Source: Callorhinchus milii
Lineage: Eukaryota
Assembly: GCF_018977255.1 (NCBI RefSeq)
Contig: NW_024704742.1
Coordinates: 132,868,001-132,932,000, forward strand
Direction: 5' to 3'
DNA length: 64,000 nt
Each line of letters starts with the position of its first letter. Position 1 is the stretch's first letter. The notes under the pieces were generated by a model. The model ran no database searches and had not been told where the DNA came from. It saw only the letters and a list, made by a program, of their open reading frames with translations. Shown one piece after another: positions 26,301-37,479 of this stretch. Position numbers and translations under genes: made by a program.

Positions 26301-28174
26301 TGTTGAGAGGATGTCTCAACATGCTTCCTGGGATTCACTGTCAAGTGTAGTGATGTGTGGGATGTGAGGAAGGTACTAGAGGGAAGCCGTCTCCCTTAGA
26401 CCCATGCAACCTCAGGGTCGAGAGGACATTTAAAAACGCTTCACGAGATTCACTGTCACGTGTAGTAACTGTGTGTTCTTGGAGGCATATGTAAAGCCAA
26501 TGACATCTTGAACACATAAACTGGCCTTCCTGGTTCAGTTATTAACTGAGAATTAAACAAGCCACAATTAGAGAGGTCAGTGCAGGAATAAATTGGCGGA
26601 GGATTGATTCTATGAGAAACAGGTTTTTGCTTGTTTTATTTCTCTCCTCACTGGGGTGAGTGCGGGTCTACAGCAAACGGTTTCCTTCTGGTATCTCTCT
26701 CACTGACCATCCTTGATCATTCACTTCACAGCTGTTTGTGGAGTATCACTATGCTGCAGTGAGACACAGTCGCTACACTTTGCCGTAAAATCCTGTGAAG
26801 TTCTTTGAGACATTGTGGACCTGATTGTGGCACTATATTAAATGCAAAGATTATTCATTGTATTTTTATTCTGCACACATCTGCCCAGGCAGTGAGCACC
26901 AGTTGGTCATTCCAAGGCAGATCCTGACCTCCCTTCATGACCACACATGCACAGTAACAATGATCAGAGAGCTTGCTTGCTTTCTCCCACCTTCCCATGG
27001 GACATTGCTGTGTCAGATGGGTCAGGCTACAAATACAGTCACTACAATTTACAGCAAATCTTGCCATGAAAGGCACCATGTCTATTACAAAGATTATTAT
27101 TGTATTCACCCTAGCCCTCGAGTCAATTGTGGCAGTCTTACCCGGCTTAGCTCTCCTAATTCAATTGAACTCAGTTAAGCTCACAGCTTGCTGGTCTATA
27201 TGGCTCAGTGCTGCAATTGGCAGTGCTTTTCCCCACGGGGAAGGAGAAAGAATGCTAAAGTATCTTTATTTTAGGGCATGTGGAATATTTTAAACTCTGG
27301 AACAACCAAATCCAGCAATCCGTTTAAGGAAAATAAAGCATTTATTTGCACGGTTTGGATTTGCTTGTCCGAATATTTCATTATTGAAGTTCCAATTGGT
27401 TATAATACGGGCAATTAACAGAAACAAATCAAAGCGTTTCGCAGGATTTACTGTGAAGTGTAGTGACTGTATTTGCAGACAAACACGACAACAATATCCC
27501 AGACTGCCATGAAATGAACAACCACTTTTATCTGAGGGACTGTTGGCGATGACGCCAGGAAAATTCCCTTCTTTTTTTTTTTGAGTCATGTCACGGGATT
27601 AACAACGTCCACCTGAACAGGCAGACGGGACCTCGGTTTAACAGCTCATCTGAAGGACGGCATCTCTGACAATACAGCGAAAACTTAGCACTGCATCATC
27701 CACCTAGGTTCGATGCATTTGGGAAGATCCTCAGTGATCAGGTTAGATGGAAACAGGGTATGACGACAAAATAAAGGCACGAAAATGCATAGGTTCCTGA
27801 ACAGCTTAAAAATAAAACAACTCTGGTTTGAAGCCCGTGGCTTTGCAGTTTGAATGCTTTGGGACTAAGCCACAATTGACATTCTGTAGGTCAAAGACTT
27901 ATCAAGCATTTCCTATCTTGTCCTTCACCACACGAGCTCACGCTCAGTTCAAAAGTGGTTTCAGGAGCTGCATTTTTGTTCTGACTTTTAACGAAACAAA
28001 AAACAGAAAGAGCTTCCCTCAACTGAGCACTGAGCAAAACCCAACAAACCAAAAAAAAGACTTCCAGCCCCCACCCCACCCCCCCTCTGCCCATTTCCCC
28101 CAACCTCAGGTAAATTGTCAAATACCAAACAATAAAAATTATCAAAATGACAAAGAGGATCTCCCCGCTCAGCT

Positions 28175-28404
28175 TCAAACGATCCCCGTGCCTGTGAGGT
28201 ACGTGCCAGCCTCCAACATCAGTGCCTTTGTGTAGACCACCAGGGTGTAGTAGAGGGTGAGGAAATCTTGCGTGCTGAAGATTGTGTCGGACAGTGCAAA
28301 CCCCAACATGGACGGAATAAACCCACGTCCGTACTCCACCATCCAGGTTCCTGAGCTCCAGCGAACGGACGTGGCCTCGCCCATGGAATGGACGATAGTG
28401 TCGC
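28175..28404 (-). CDS. SIGMAR1: SIGMAR1 exon 4 (last coding exon)
   Basis: ccgcag|GC GAC ACT: (G)[75 protein letters not shown], with the VEYGRG motif containing the ligand-binding Glu; stop TGA at 28175-28177. Confidence 0.97.
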
Positions 28405-28972
28405 CTGCGGAAATTACAGAAACAAATAGCTCAGTGGAGTCCTGTAGCTCAGTAGCTAGAACATTCGCCTCGCAAGCGAGAGGAGCTGGGTTGGATTCCC
28501 GGGCAGGGCGAAACATTGGGCAAGTTTCCTGACTCCACCCACCTCTGTTTAATAGTAATAAAACCTAATAATGAAGGGCCCCGTTCTAGGCACTCAGGAG
28601 CAAGGATTGTTATTTGCTATAATAATAATAATCCTTGCATTTGATATAGCGTTTTATCACGTCTTCGAGACATCTCAAAGTGCTTCACAGAATATACTGT
28701 AAAGTGAATTGACTGTATTGTGCGAGAAATGTGGCAGCCAATTGTGCACAGCAGTGTCCCCACAAACAGTCGTGGTTCTGTTTACCTAGTAGTAAGAAGG
28801 AACCCAGTTGTTATTCGACTGGCAGATCGCTTTTTCGAGGGTTTAATACCACACCGCCCCAGAAAAAAAAAAAAAAAAAAATTTGGTCACTTAATCCACG
28901 ACTGCTTGTGGGACACTGCTCTGGGCAATTGGCTGTCAAGTTTCGCCCAGATAACATACAGTCACCACACTT

Positions 28973-29295
28973 GGAGTCCTGTAGCTCAGTGGTTAGAGCA
29001 CTCGCTTTGCAAGCAAAGCGACCGGAGTTCAATTCCAGGCAGAGGGCGAAACTTTGGGCAAGTTTCCTTACTCCACACGGAGCCTAATAATAATCCCTCC
29101 AAAACAAAACAATAATAAATTGGTCATTTTCAATCCATGACTGTTTGTGGGACACTGCTGTGCACAATTGGCTGCCGCGTTTGCCCACAAATATACAGTG
29201 AATTCACTTTACAGTATATTCTGTGAAGCGCTTTGGGACGTCTAGAAGACGTGAAAAGCGGTATATCAAATGCAAGGATTATTATTATTATTATT
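28973..29295 (+). mobile_element. Young short-form SINE in SIGMAR1 intron 3
   Basis: Same family as 15566-15889. Confidence 0.92.
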
Positions 29296-29789
29296 CAGTA
29301 TATTCTGTGAAGTGCTTTGAGACTCCTCGAAGATGCAATAAGGTGCTATATCAAATGCAACGATTATTATTATTATAATAATAAAAAAAAGGAAATAAGA
29401 ATCCTCGTGCCTGATTGCTTAGAATGGGGGGGCCCTCCAGCGGGTCGATTGCAGTTAGGTGACACTCTCTTGCGCATGATCAAAAATTCAAAAGGAAGGA
29501 GTGATAGAACCGTGTTGTGATTCAAGTCCAATTGATAATGAAGGCAGACACACAAAGTATTTCATGCATCTCGAAATAAAAATATAAACTTTAATATTTA
29601 AACTGCAGTCCATGTTGCTCCTTCCTCTTGTTTTTATTGAGCGTGCACAAACTAATCAACCGGCCTAGAAAGTCAAACGTCTTCGCAGATAATTGCTGTT
29701 AAGGGTAGTGACTGTTTATTTGCAGGTGAATGTAGCAGCCAAGCCAATTTTTGCACAACTATTCACATATCAAACCCTCTGTCAGGTTC

Positions 29790-30170
29790 CGGTTGGATAT
29801 AGATTTGGCCGGGTGGGGGAAGATAACCGAAGGCACGGTTGAAAAGGAATGTCTTGAGATGGGCCTTGAAGGGAAGAAGCAAGGCTGAGGGGCTCCAGGA
29901 TGGAGTGCCAGAGGGTGAGGGCAGAAAGGTTGAAGGCCTGACTGACAATAATAGAGCAGGCAGGGCAGGGGACTTAGAGCAGGCCAGTGCCTGTAGAGTG
30001 GAAGGAGAGCCAGGTTGGTGAAGTTTTAACAGGTCGCAATGATGGGGTGGAGAAAGACTGTGGAGGGCTTTAAAGGCGAGAGCGAGGATCTTGAACTCGA
30101 TCCTCTGAGGCACGGGGAGCCAGTGAAGCCAGACGAGAATGGGGTAATCAGCTCAATGAGGTTAGTGCGG
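29790..30170 (-). mobile_element. L2 LINE 3' fragment
   Basis: PQRIEFKILALAFKALHSLSPP motif. Confidence 0.8.
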
Positions 30171-30205
30171 GAAAGGAAACTTCGGAAACATAGGCACACA
30201 CTGAC

Positions 30206-30298
30206 CTGGATAAAATATTTCACTTTTAGTCGTCCCTTCTTTCCACTGCTGAAAGGTTCCCGATATAACAGTGTCAGACACTTCAGCCCAATACCGAC
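30206..30298 (-). CDS. SIGMAR1: SIGMAR1 exon 3 (93 bp, phase 1-1)
   Basis: catag|GT CGG TAT TGG...TAT CCA G|gtcagt: (G)[30 protein letters not shown](G); same boundaries as the human exon. Confidence 0.96.
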
Positions 30299-30607
30299 CT
30301 ATGATTTCCAACAAACACAATTCACAGAGTTAGACCGACATGTGAGATCATGCTTACTTTTTACTGACCCACAAATTATCTTCAAAAGTATTACTAAACA
30401 ATAAGCCTTTCACGTCGGGAGGACTCTTCAAAGTGCTTCACAGAATTTTACTGTTCCATGTGTATTCTGTGGACAAATGCAGTCCCAATTTGTGCACAGC
30501 AATGTCCTGCAACAAGCCATGGAGTGAATAATCAATTTTATTTGGGGGATTGGACACTGGAAGAAACTCCCTTCTCTTATCAAATAGCACCACTGGATCC
30601 TTAATGT

Positions 30608-30923
30608 GGAGTCCTGTAGCTCAGTGGTTAGAGCACTCGCTTTGCAAGCGAGACACCTGGGTTCAATTCCAGGCAGAGGGCGAAACCTTGGGCAAGTTTC
30701 CTTACTCCACACAGAGCCTAATAATAATCCCTCCAAAAACAATAATAAATTGGTCATTTTCAATCTACGACTGTTTGTGGGACATTGTTGTGCGCAATTG
30801 GCTGCCACGTTCGCCCACAAATATACAGTCAATTCACTTTACAGTGTGTTCTGTGAAGCGCTTTGGGACATCCTCCGGACGTGAAAAGCGCTATATCAAA
30901 TGCAAGGATTATTATTATTATTA
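30608..30923 (+). mobile_element. Young short-form SINE in SIGMAR1 intron 2
   Basis: Same family as 15566-15889. Confidence 0.92.
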
Positions 30924-33005
30924 ATGTCCAGCTGAACAGGCAGAAAGGCACGAGACGTCTCACCTGAAGGACGGCAAGTCTAGCGATACAGCAAACACTG
31001 TATTGGAGCATTAGCCTAAAAACCAGATCTGAAAAGAACATGCTTTAATTATATTAAGTCCTGACATGGGACTTGAACTCGCGTCCCTTGAACATGCGTC
31101 ACTTGAACTAGGCAATTCTATCTCAGAGGCGAGAATGCTACCAACGTAGCCAGACTGACACAGAAGATCTTTCTTTTAAAAAATTAAGAACACTATCCAG
31201 TTATCAAGGATCCTTTATACGTGGGAAACGAGTTGCAGAGTTTTGTCCAGGTCTGGTACCTCCATCAGCTCAAACAGGACTGAAATAACCGAACAAATGA
31301 CAGTGGGAAGCAATGCATCAGGAAACGATGGAGCTGATTCAACAGTGTCAGTTTATAGACAAGACAGTTCACTTCATTTGGCAGTAAGTTATTTCCTGGC
31401 CAATCCTCTAAATACTTTAGTGGAACCTTAGTTTGACAAAACACCTGTCACACTTGCCTACATATCACTACACTTGGCAGCAATTACCTATGAATTGCTT
31501 TGACATATTTCAATGTTTTATAGGGTTACAAGCCATTTGGCCCAACTAGTCCATTCCGGTGTTTATACTCCATCCCTTCCAATCTCCCCTTTATGTATGC
31601 CTTATGTTTTCTCTTCAGTGACTGTTTGCACTGCACGGCAAGGGATATGGGGATAGGGCAGGTAAGTGGAAATAGGTTAGAAGATCAGCCATGATCGTAT
31701 TAAATGGTGGGGCAGGCTCGAGGGGCCGAATGGCCTACTCCTGCTCCTATGTCTTATGGTCTTAAATTCCCTATGGGATCTACCACTGACCACTTTATAT
31801 TTGTATAATATATACAAATGGAAATATATACAAATATATATACAAATATACAAATATATACAAATGCTCTATAAATGGAATCTTGTTGTCTTGTTGTTGT
31901 TGTTGTATCCTCTAATTTTGGACTCACTAACAAATGGAAACAGCTCATTAATGTCCACTTCATCAAATCCTTTTAGAATCTTAAATACCTCAATTATCTC
32001 CCCTCACAATCAACTCAACCTACATTTATAGAGAATCCTTCACATCAAGACATCTCAAAACTCAAAAGTCATAGCTATTTATGTGAAGCGTTTTCAATGA
32101 TAACCAAAATTATGATCGACAAGATAGTTCTTAAGATTGCAATATTAAACGTAAGGATTATTATAATGAGCACTCCTCGACTGATGCACAATTGCAGAAT
32201 GATAAACACAGGGCAGGGAAGAACAACAGCTTTTTTTNAATGCTAATAAGAGTTTTAATTTAATTAAGAATTCTGTCTGCTGGAGGCTGAGACAGTGCCA
32301 CCTTCTGATAGAGCTTCTTTGTCTCTGGAGAATAAGAGGAAACAGCAGATCCTGGCACCAGCAGAGTCTTTGGCAGGAAGTTAATTTGCATTGGAGATAA
32401 AGAGAGAGGAAACAAACAGCGTAGAAAGGGAATGATAGCCTGCAGAGAGGGAACCTGAAGTGAAGAGACCGATTCAAAGTATGTTAGCACGTTAACAACT
32501 TAACATTCTGTACATTGTACCTTTCACATAGGACGAATGTCTCAAAGCACAGGTGCTAAACAAAGACGTGGTCAAGTTTGTCGGAGGGGGGGTGTTGAAA
32601 GCAGGAAAAGATGAAGACATTTTGGAAGAATTACAACAACATTACTGGCATTTACTATATATAGTGCCTTTCATATGGGTTAGCGTCTCTGAAAGTGTGA
32701 ATTATTAATACTTTGTATACATAGATGTACACATGAGGGAGAAGGGAATAGAAGGCAGGGAGTAAGGAACTGATGGAGACTCATTGAGTATAAACACTGG
32801 CATAGACTTGTTGGGCCGAATGGCCCATTTCTGTGCTGTCCAGCACCCTGGGACGTTTTCCAGACGTGAAAGGCACTATACAAATGTAATTTTGTATTGT
32901 ATATTCTATGGGGGATTCACAACAACAAGTTGGATTTACATATAGTGCCTTTCAGGGAGTTCCAGGATTTGGGGCACAGCAGCTGATAGCTGAGCCATCG
33001 ATGGT
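30913..33005 (+). repeat. Left arm of a 2.09-kb near-identical inverted duplication (SIGMAR1 intron 2 sequence)
   Basis: Reverse complement of 41241-43331; the ORF track shows mirrored ORFs (31243-31431+ vs 42812-43000-, 32680-32883- vs 41363-41566+). Confidence 0.97.
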
Positions 33006-33374
33006 AGGAGATCGCATCAACCACGGCAACAAAATTACACTTGTGAAGTGCCTTTCACGTCGGGAGGACGTCCCAAGGTCCTGGACAGACAGAATTACGG
33101 ACCCGAGCTGTCGATAGTGGGGCGAGCGAGGCGGGGGACGCGAAGCGGGCTGGAGAACATATTAACGAGAGATCCAAGAAAAGTGTTGCCGCTCGGCATC
33201 TCATCGTGTGAAAAGCGCTGTATCAAATGCAAGGATTATTATCGTTGTGGTCATTATTATCCTCTCGCCCTCTGTGGACGCACTGGGGATGAAGACACGA
33301 GAGCTGATTACTCTTATTTACAGGGGGGGAAAAAAAAACTTAACGGCAGTGGAAACACTTTGTCGCTGCTTTAC

Positions 33375-33420
33375 CGCTGGGGTGGAAGGACTGAAGCAGA
33401 TCGGTGACCTGCGGCTCCAT
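33375..33420 (-). CDS. GALT: GALT exon 1 coding part (MEPQVTDLLQSFHPS+G), on the opposite strand to the rest of GALT in this assembly
   Basis: gagccATGGAG...CCCAGCG|gtaaag: strong Kozak and a phase-1 donor that joins exon 2 to give ...[20 protein letters not shown] box lies about 55 bp upstream, and the exon is head-to-head with SIGMAR1 exon 1. Confidence 0.85.
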
Positions 33421-34743
33421 GGCTCTCCTCGCTCTGACTCCAGGCTCGGGGCTGATTCATTCACTCCAGGCTATTGGCTGCTCAGTCCCGTGAAACATCA
33501 TCTGATGCAAAACAAAACAACTCCACTGGTTGCATTTCATTTTCATTCTTGACAGCATTTACGTACATAGAGAGAGAGAGAGACACACACACACACAAAT
33601 AAATAGAGCAAAGCAAGGTCATTGCATGGCTTTTATTCGCTTCTCTCTAAATGTTCGCCTGGAGATTCTGTTCAGAGAGATTTCTTAATGTATCTTCAGA
33701 CCGACTGTATTAACTGTACCCTTGAAACCCTGTCGCCATCGATAAGTCCGTGTTTTAAGATTGGTTCCATTATTATAGGCATGTTTTCTTTCTTACTTAT
33801 TGTGTCGGGGCATATAATCCACCCCCCCACCCCATCCCTCCCTCCCCACCCCCACCCAAAGCCTAAAGTCTGTTATAATAATTCTTACACGTGTTATCGC
33901 GTCTTCCGCACGGGGAGGACGTCTCAGAGCGCTTGGCGGGATATGCTGAAAGGCGAATCGAGGCCGTGTCCCCACAAACAGCGACCAAATTATTATTATT
34001 ATTATTATTATTTTTCGTGGGGGAAGGAACTATTATCCCCAGTAAAGCGCTGCACGGATCGACTAACAACCGGGTTCCCGCTCTCGCCGCCGGGTAAACA
34101 GAGGCGGGTGGAGTAAGGGGACGTGTCTGAGGTCCCGCCCGCCCGCCCGCCCGCGGGACGTCCTCTCGCTCGCGAGCCGAGCGCTCCAACCACTAAGGCG
34201 CCCAATTGCGAAGCTCCACGATATCACCGGATCACCCCGGTCCCCATTGCAACCCCCGTGTCATCCCCAACCCCATATTTTCCCCATCCCCCCCCCACCC
34301 CATATGTCATGTCAAGTCATGTCATCTCATCCCCACGTGACCCCCCCCCCCTTGAGCACCATCGCCTCTGCTCTGCCCTCTCAACACCGCTCAGCAGCCA
34401 ACGAGGTGGCCAACCACCGCAGGGCGAGCAGCCGGTCGGCCCGTTCAGCGGCCGCGCTCTCAACCGAACGCAGTGGGGGAGGCGGGACCAGGGCAACGTC
34501 CGCCGGGCGTCGATTGGTGCAGCGGCGGCGGCCGCGACTGCCGATTGGCGGACAGCGGCGGTCAGTCAGTCTCAGTCGGTCAGTCGATTCGCTCGGTCAA
34601 GTGGGAGGGGCGGGGCCGTCAGGTTAGGTTGACGCGAGCGCGTGCGGACGGCGGCGGCTCGAGCTGAGGCCGAGAGCAGCGGAGAATCCCGGGGTGTGGG
34701 GCCGAGGCGAGGCCGCTGTTGCCCGGGGGTGGGCGTGGGGGCG
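33421..34743. promoter_or_regulatory. Head-to-head GALT/SIGMAR1 promoter region with CpG island (about 34050-34880)
   Basis: 1323 bp between divergent ATGs; dense CpG; ATTGG (CCAAT) boxes near 33472, 34513 and 34544; GC box ggggcggggc near 34607. Confidence 0.8.
33873..34196 (-). mobile_element. Long-form SINE embedded in the promoter, GC-shifted
   Basis: Retains cgactaacaaccgggttcc, ggtaaacagaggcg, tggagtaagg and cctctcgctcgcgag...gctccaaccact. Confidence 0.8.
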
Positions 34744-34879
34744 ATGGCGCTGCTGGTCCGGGCCCTCGCTGGGGCCTGTGCGGCGGCGCTCGCGGTGCTG
34801 CTGATCCGCTTCTGGCTGAGCAGCAAACACTACGTGATGAGCGGCACCGAGGTGGCCGGACTGGCGAAACAGTATGCAG
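34744..34879 (+). CDS. SIGMAR1: SIGMAR1 exon 1 (N-terminal transmembrane helix)
   Basis: gcgATGGCG...: MALLVRALAGACAAALAVLLIRFWLSSKHYVMSGTEVAGLAKQYA(G)|gtaact; hydrophobic segment plus the conserved LAKQYAG; lies in a CpG island. Confidence 0.93.
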
Positions 34880-34905
34880 GTAACTGGGGGCTGAGGGGTG
34901 GCCTT

Positions 34906-36846
34906 CCCCCACTGACCGACCCCCTCCCTCCCCCCCACTGACCGACCCCCTCCCTCCCCCCACTGACCGACCCCCTCCCTCCCCCCACTGACCGACCCCC
35001 TCCCCCCCCCACTGACCGACCCCCCCTCCCCCCCACTGACCGACCCCCCCCCCCCCACTGACCGACCCCCTCCCTCCCCCCCACTGACCGACCCCCTCCC
35101 ACTGACCGACCCCCTCCCACTGACCGACCCCTCCCTCCCCCCCACTGACCGACCCCCTCCCCCCCCACTGACCGACCCCCTCCCACTGACCGACCCCCTC
35201 CCACTGACCGACCCCCTCCCTCCCCCCCACTGACCGACCTCCTCCCCCCCCCCACTGACCGACCCCTCCCTCCCCCACTGACCGCCCCCCCCCCACTGGG
35301 ACCCTGCCCCCCCCCCTCCACTGGGACCCTGCCCCCCCCCCACTGGGACCTGCCCCCCCCCCACTGGACCCTGCCCCCCCCCCCACTGGGACCCTGCCCC
35401 ACTGGGACCCGCCCCCCCCCCACTGGACCGCTGCCCCCCCCCACTGGGACTGCCCCCCCCACTGGGACCCTGCCCCCCCCCACTGGGACCCTGCCCCCCC
35501 CCCCACTGGGACCCTGCCCCCCCCTTGCCCACTGGGACCCTTCCCCCCCCACTGGGACCCTGCCCCCCCCCACTGGGACCCTGCCCCCCCACTGGGACCC
35601 TGCCCCCCCCTTCCCACTGGGACCCTCCCCCCCCCCACTGGACCCTGCCCCCCCCCCACTGGGACCCCTCCCCCCCCCCCCCACTGGACCCCTGCCCCCC
35701 CACTGGGACCCTGCCCCCCCCCACTGGGACCTGCCCCCCCACTGGGACCCTGCCCCCCCCGGGACCCTGCCCCCCCCCACTGGGACCCGCCCCCCCCCCA
35801 CTGGGACCCTGCCCCCCCCCCACTGGACCTGCCCCCCCCCCCCCCACTGGGACCGCCCCCCCCCCCACTGGGACCCTGCCCCCCCCCACTGGGACCCTGC
35901 CCCCCCCCCCACTGGGACCCCTGCCCCCCCCCCCACTGGGACCCTGCCCCCCCCCCTGGGACCCCCTGCCCCCCCACTGGGACCCTGCCCCCCCCCCCAC
36001 TGGGACCCTGCCCCCCCCCCCACTGGGACCCTGCCCCCCCCCCACTGGGACCCTGCCCCTCCCCCCCCCACTGGGACCTGCCCCCCCCCCCCCCACTGGA
36101 CCCTCCCACTGTGCCCCCCCCCCCCCACTGGACCTGCCCCCCCACTGGGACCCCCCCCCCCCCCCCTGGACCCTGCCCCCCCACTGGGACCTGCCCCCCC
36201 CACTGGGACCCTGCCCCCCCCCCCACTGGGCCCTGCCCCCCCCCCCCCCCATGGGACCCCCCCCCCCACTGGGCCCCCCACTGTGGCCCCCCCCCACTGT
36301 GGCCCCCCCACTGTGGCCCCCCCCCCACTGTGGCCCCCCCCCCACTGGGCCCCCCCCCCGTGCCCCCCCCCCCCCCACTGGTGCCCCCCCCCCACTGTGC
36401 CCCCCCCCCACTGTGCCCCCCCCCTGTGCCCCCCCCCCCCACTGTGCCCCCACCTGTGCCCCCCCACTGTGCCCCCCCCCACTGTGCCCCCCCCACTGTG
36501 GCCCCCCCCCCCCACTGTGGCCCCCCCCCCCACTGTGGCCCCCCCCCACTGTGGCCCCCCCCCCCCACTGTGGCCCCCCCCACTGTGGCCCCCCCCACTG
36601 TGCCCCCCCCCCACTGTGGCCCCCCCCCCCCACTGTGGCCCCCCCACTGTGCCCCCCCCCCCCACTGTGCCCCCCCCCCACTGTGCCCCCCCCCCCACTG
36701 TGCCCCCCCACTGTGCCCCCCCCTGTGCCCCCCCCCCACTGTGCCCCCCCCCCATCCCCCCCCCTGTGCCCCCCCCCCTCTGTGGCCCCCCCCCCCCCAC
36801 TGTGCCCCCCCCCACTGTGGCCCCCCCCCCCACTGTGGCCCCCCAC
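34906..36846. repeat. C-rich minisatellite in SIGMAR1 intron 1: Cn-ACTGACCGA, then Cn-ACTGGGACCCTG, then Cn-ACTGTG(G)
   Basis: About 1.9 kb of poly-C runs with a near-invariant CCACTG anchor; the G-rich minus strand gives the Gly-rich pseudo-ORFs. Confidence 0.97.
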
Positions 36847-37479
36847 AGTAACTGACCCCCTCCTCTCCCCCTTCTCTTCCCCCCCTCCCACACACACACA
36901 CACTAACCCTAACTGGGAGCTCGGAGTATTAATAATAATAATCCTTGTATTTGATGTCGCGCTTTATCACGTCGTTGAGACGTCTCAAAGCGCTTCACAG
37001 GATTTACTGTAAAGTGAATTGACTATAATTTTGTGCGCAATTACAGTCATAAATGATGATAAATTGTTCACTTCAATCCACGACTGTTTGTGGGAAACCA
37101 CTGCGCGCAATTGGCTGCTGCGTTTCGCCCACAACTATACAATCAATTCACTGCAGTATATTCTGTGAAGCGCGTTTAGGACGTCTCGATGACGTGATAA
37201 AGTGCTATATCAAATGCAGGGATGATTATTATTATAATAGAGTTGGCTCCCAGAAGGGTAAGACTGTAGCAGTCGCTAACAAATACACAGTCACTCCACT
37301 TTACACTGAATCCTGTGAAGCACTTTGGGACGTTCTCCTGACGTGAAAGGCGCTCTGCAAAATGCAAGAATTCATTAATTTTGTGTAATACCAGAATACT
37401 TGCATTTGATATAGTACCTTAATGCGCTGTGGAGAAATCTCTCGAGATTTCAGTCTGAACTGTTGTTTGTGACTGTTTG

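Noticed and set aside
30608..30680. tRNA-Ala-like genes here and at other SINE heads
   Set aside because: They continue directly into SINE body and tail with no proper acceptor stem or terminator.
34906..36846. CRISPR-like repeat/spacer appearance
   Set aside because: Eukaryotic context; the spacers are only variable poly-C runs.
36901..36913. Telomere-like ctaaccctaac
   Set aside because: Fewer than two units; likely chance.
34619..37012. Long Gly-rich and Pro-rich ORFs (up to 760 aa)
   Set aside because: Open in several frames on both strands because the C-rich minisatellite lacks stop codons; it lies in SIGMAR1 intron 1.
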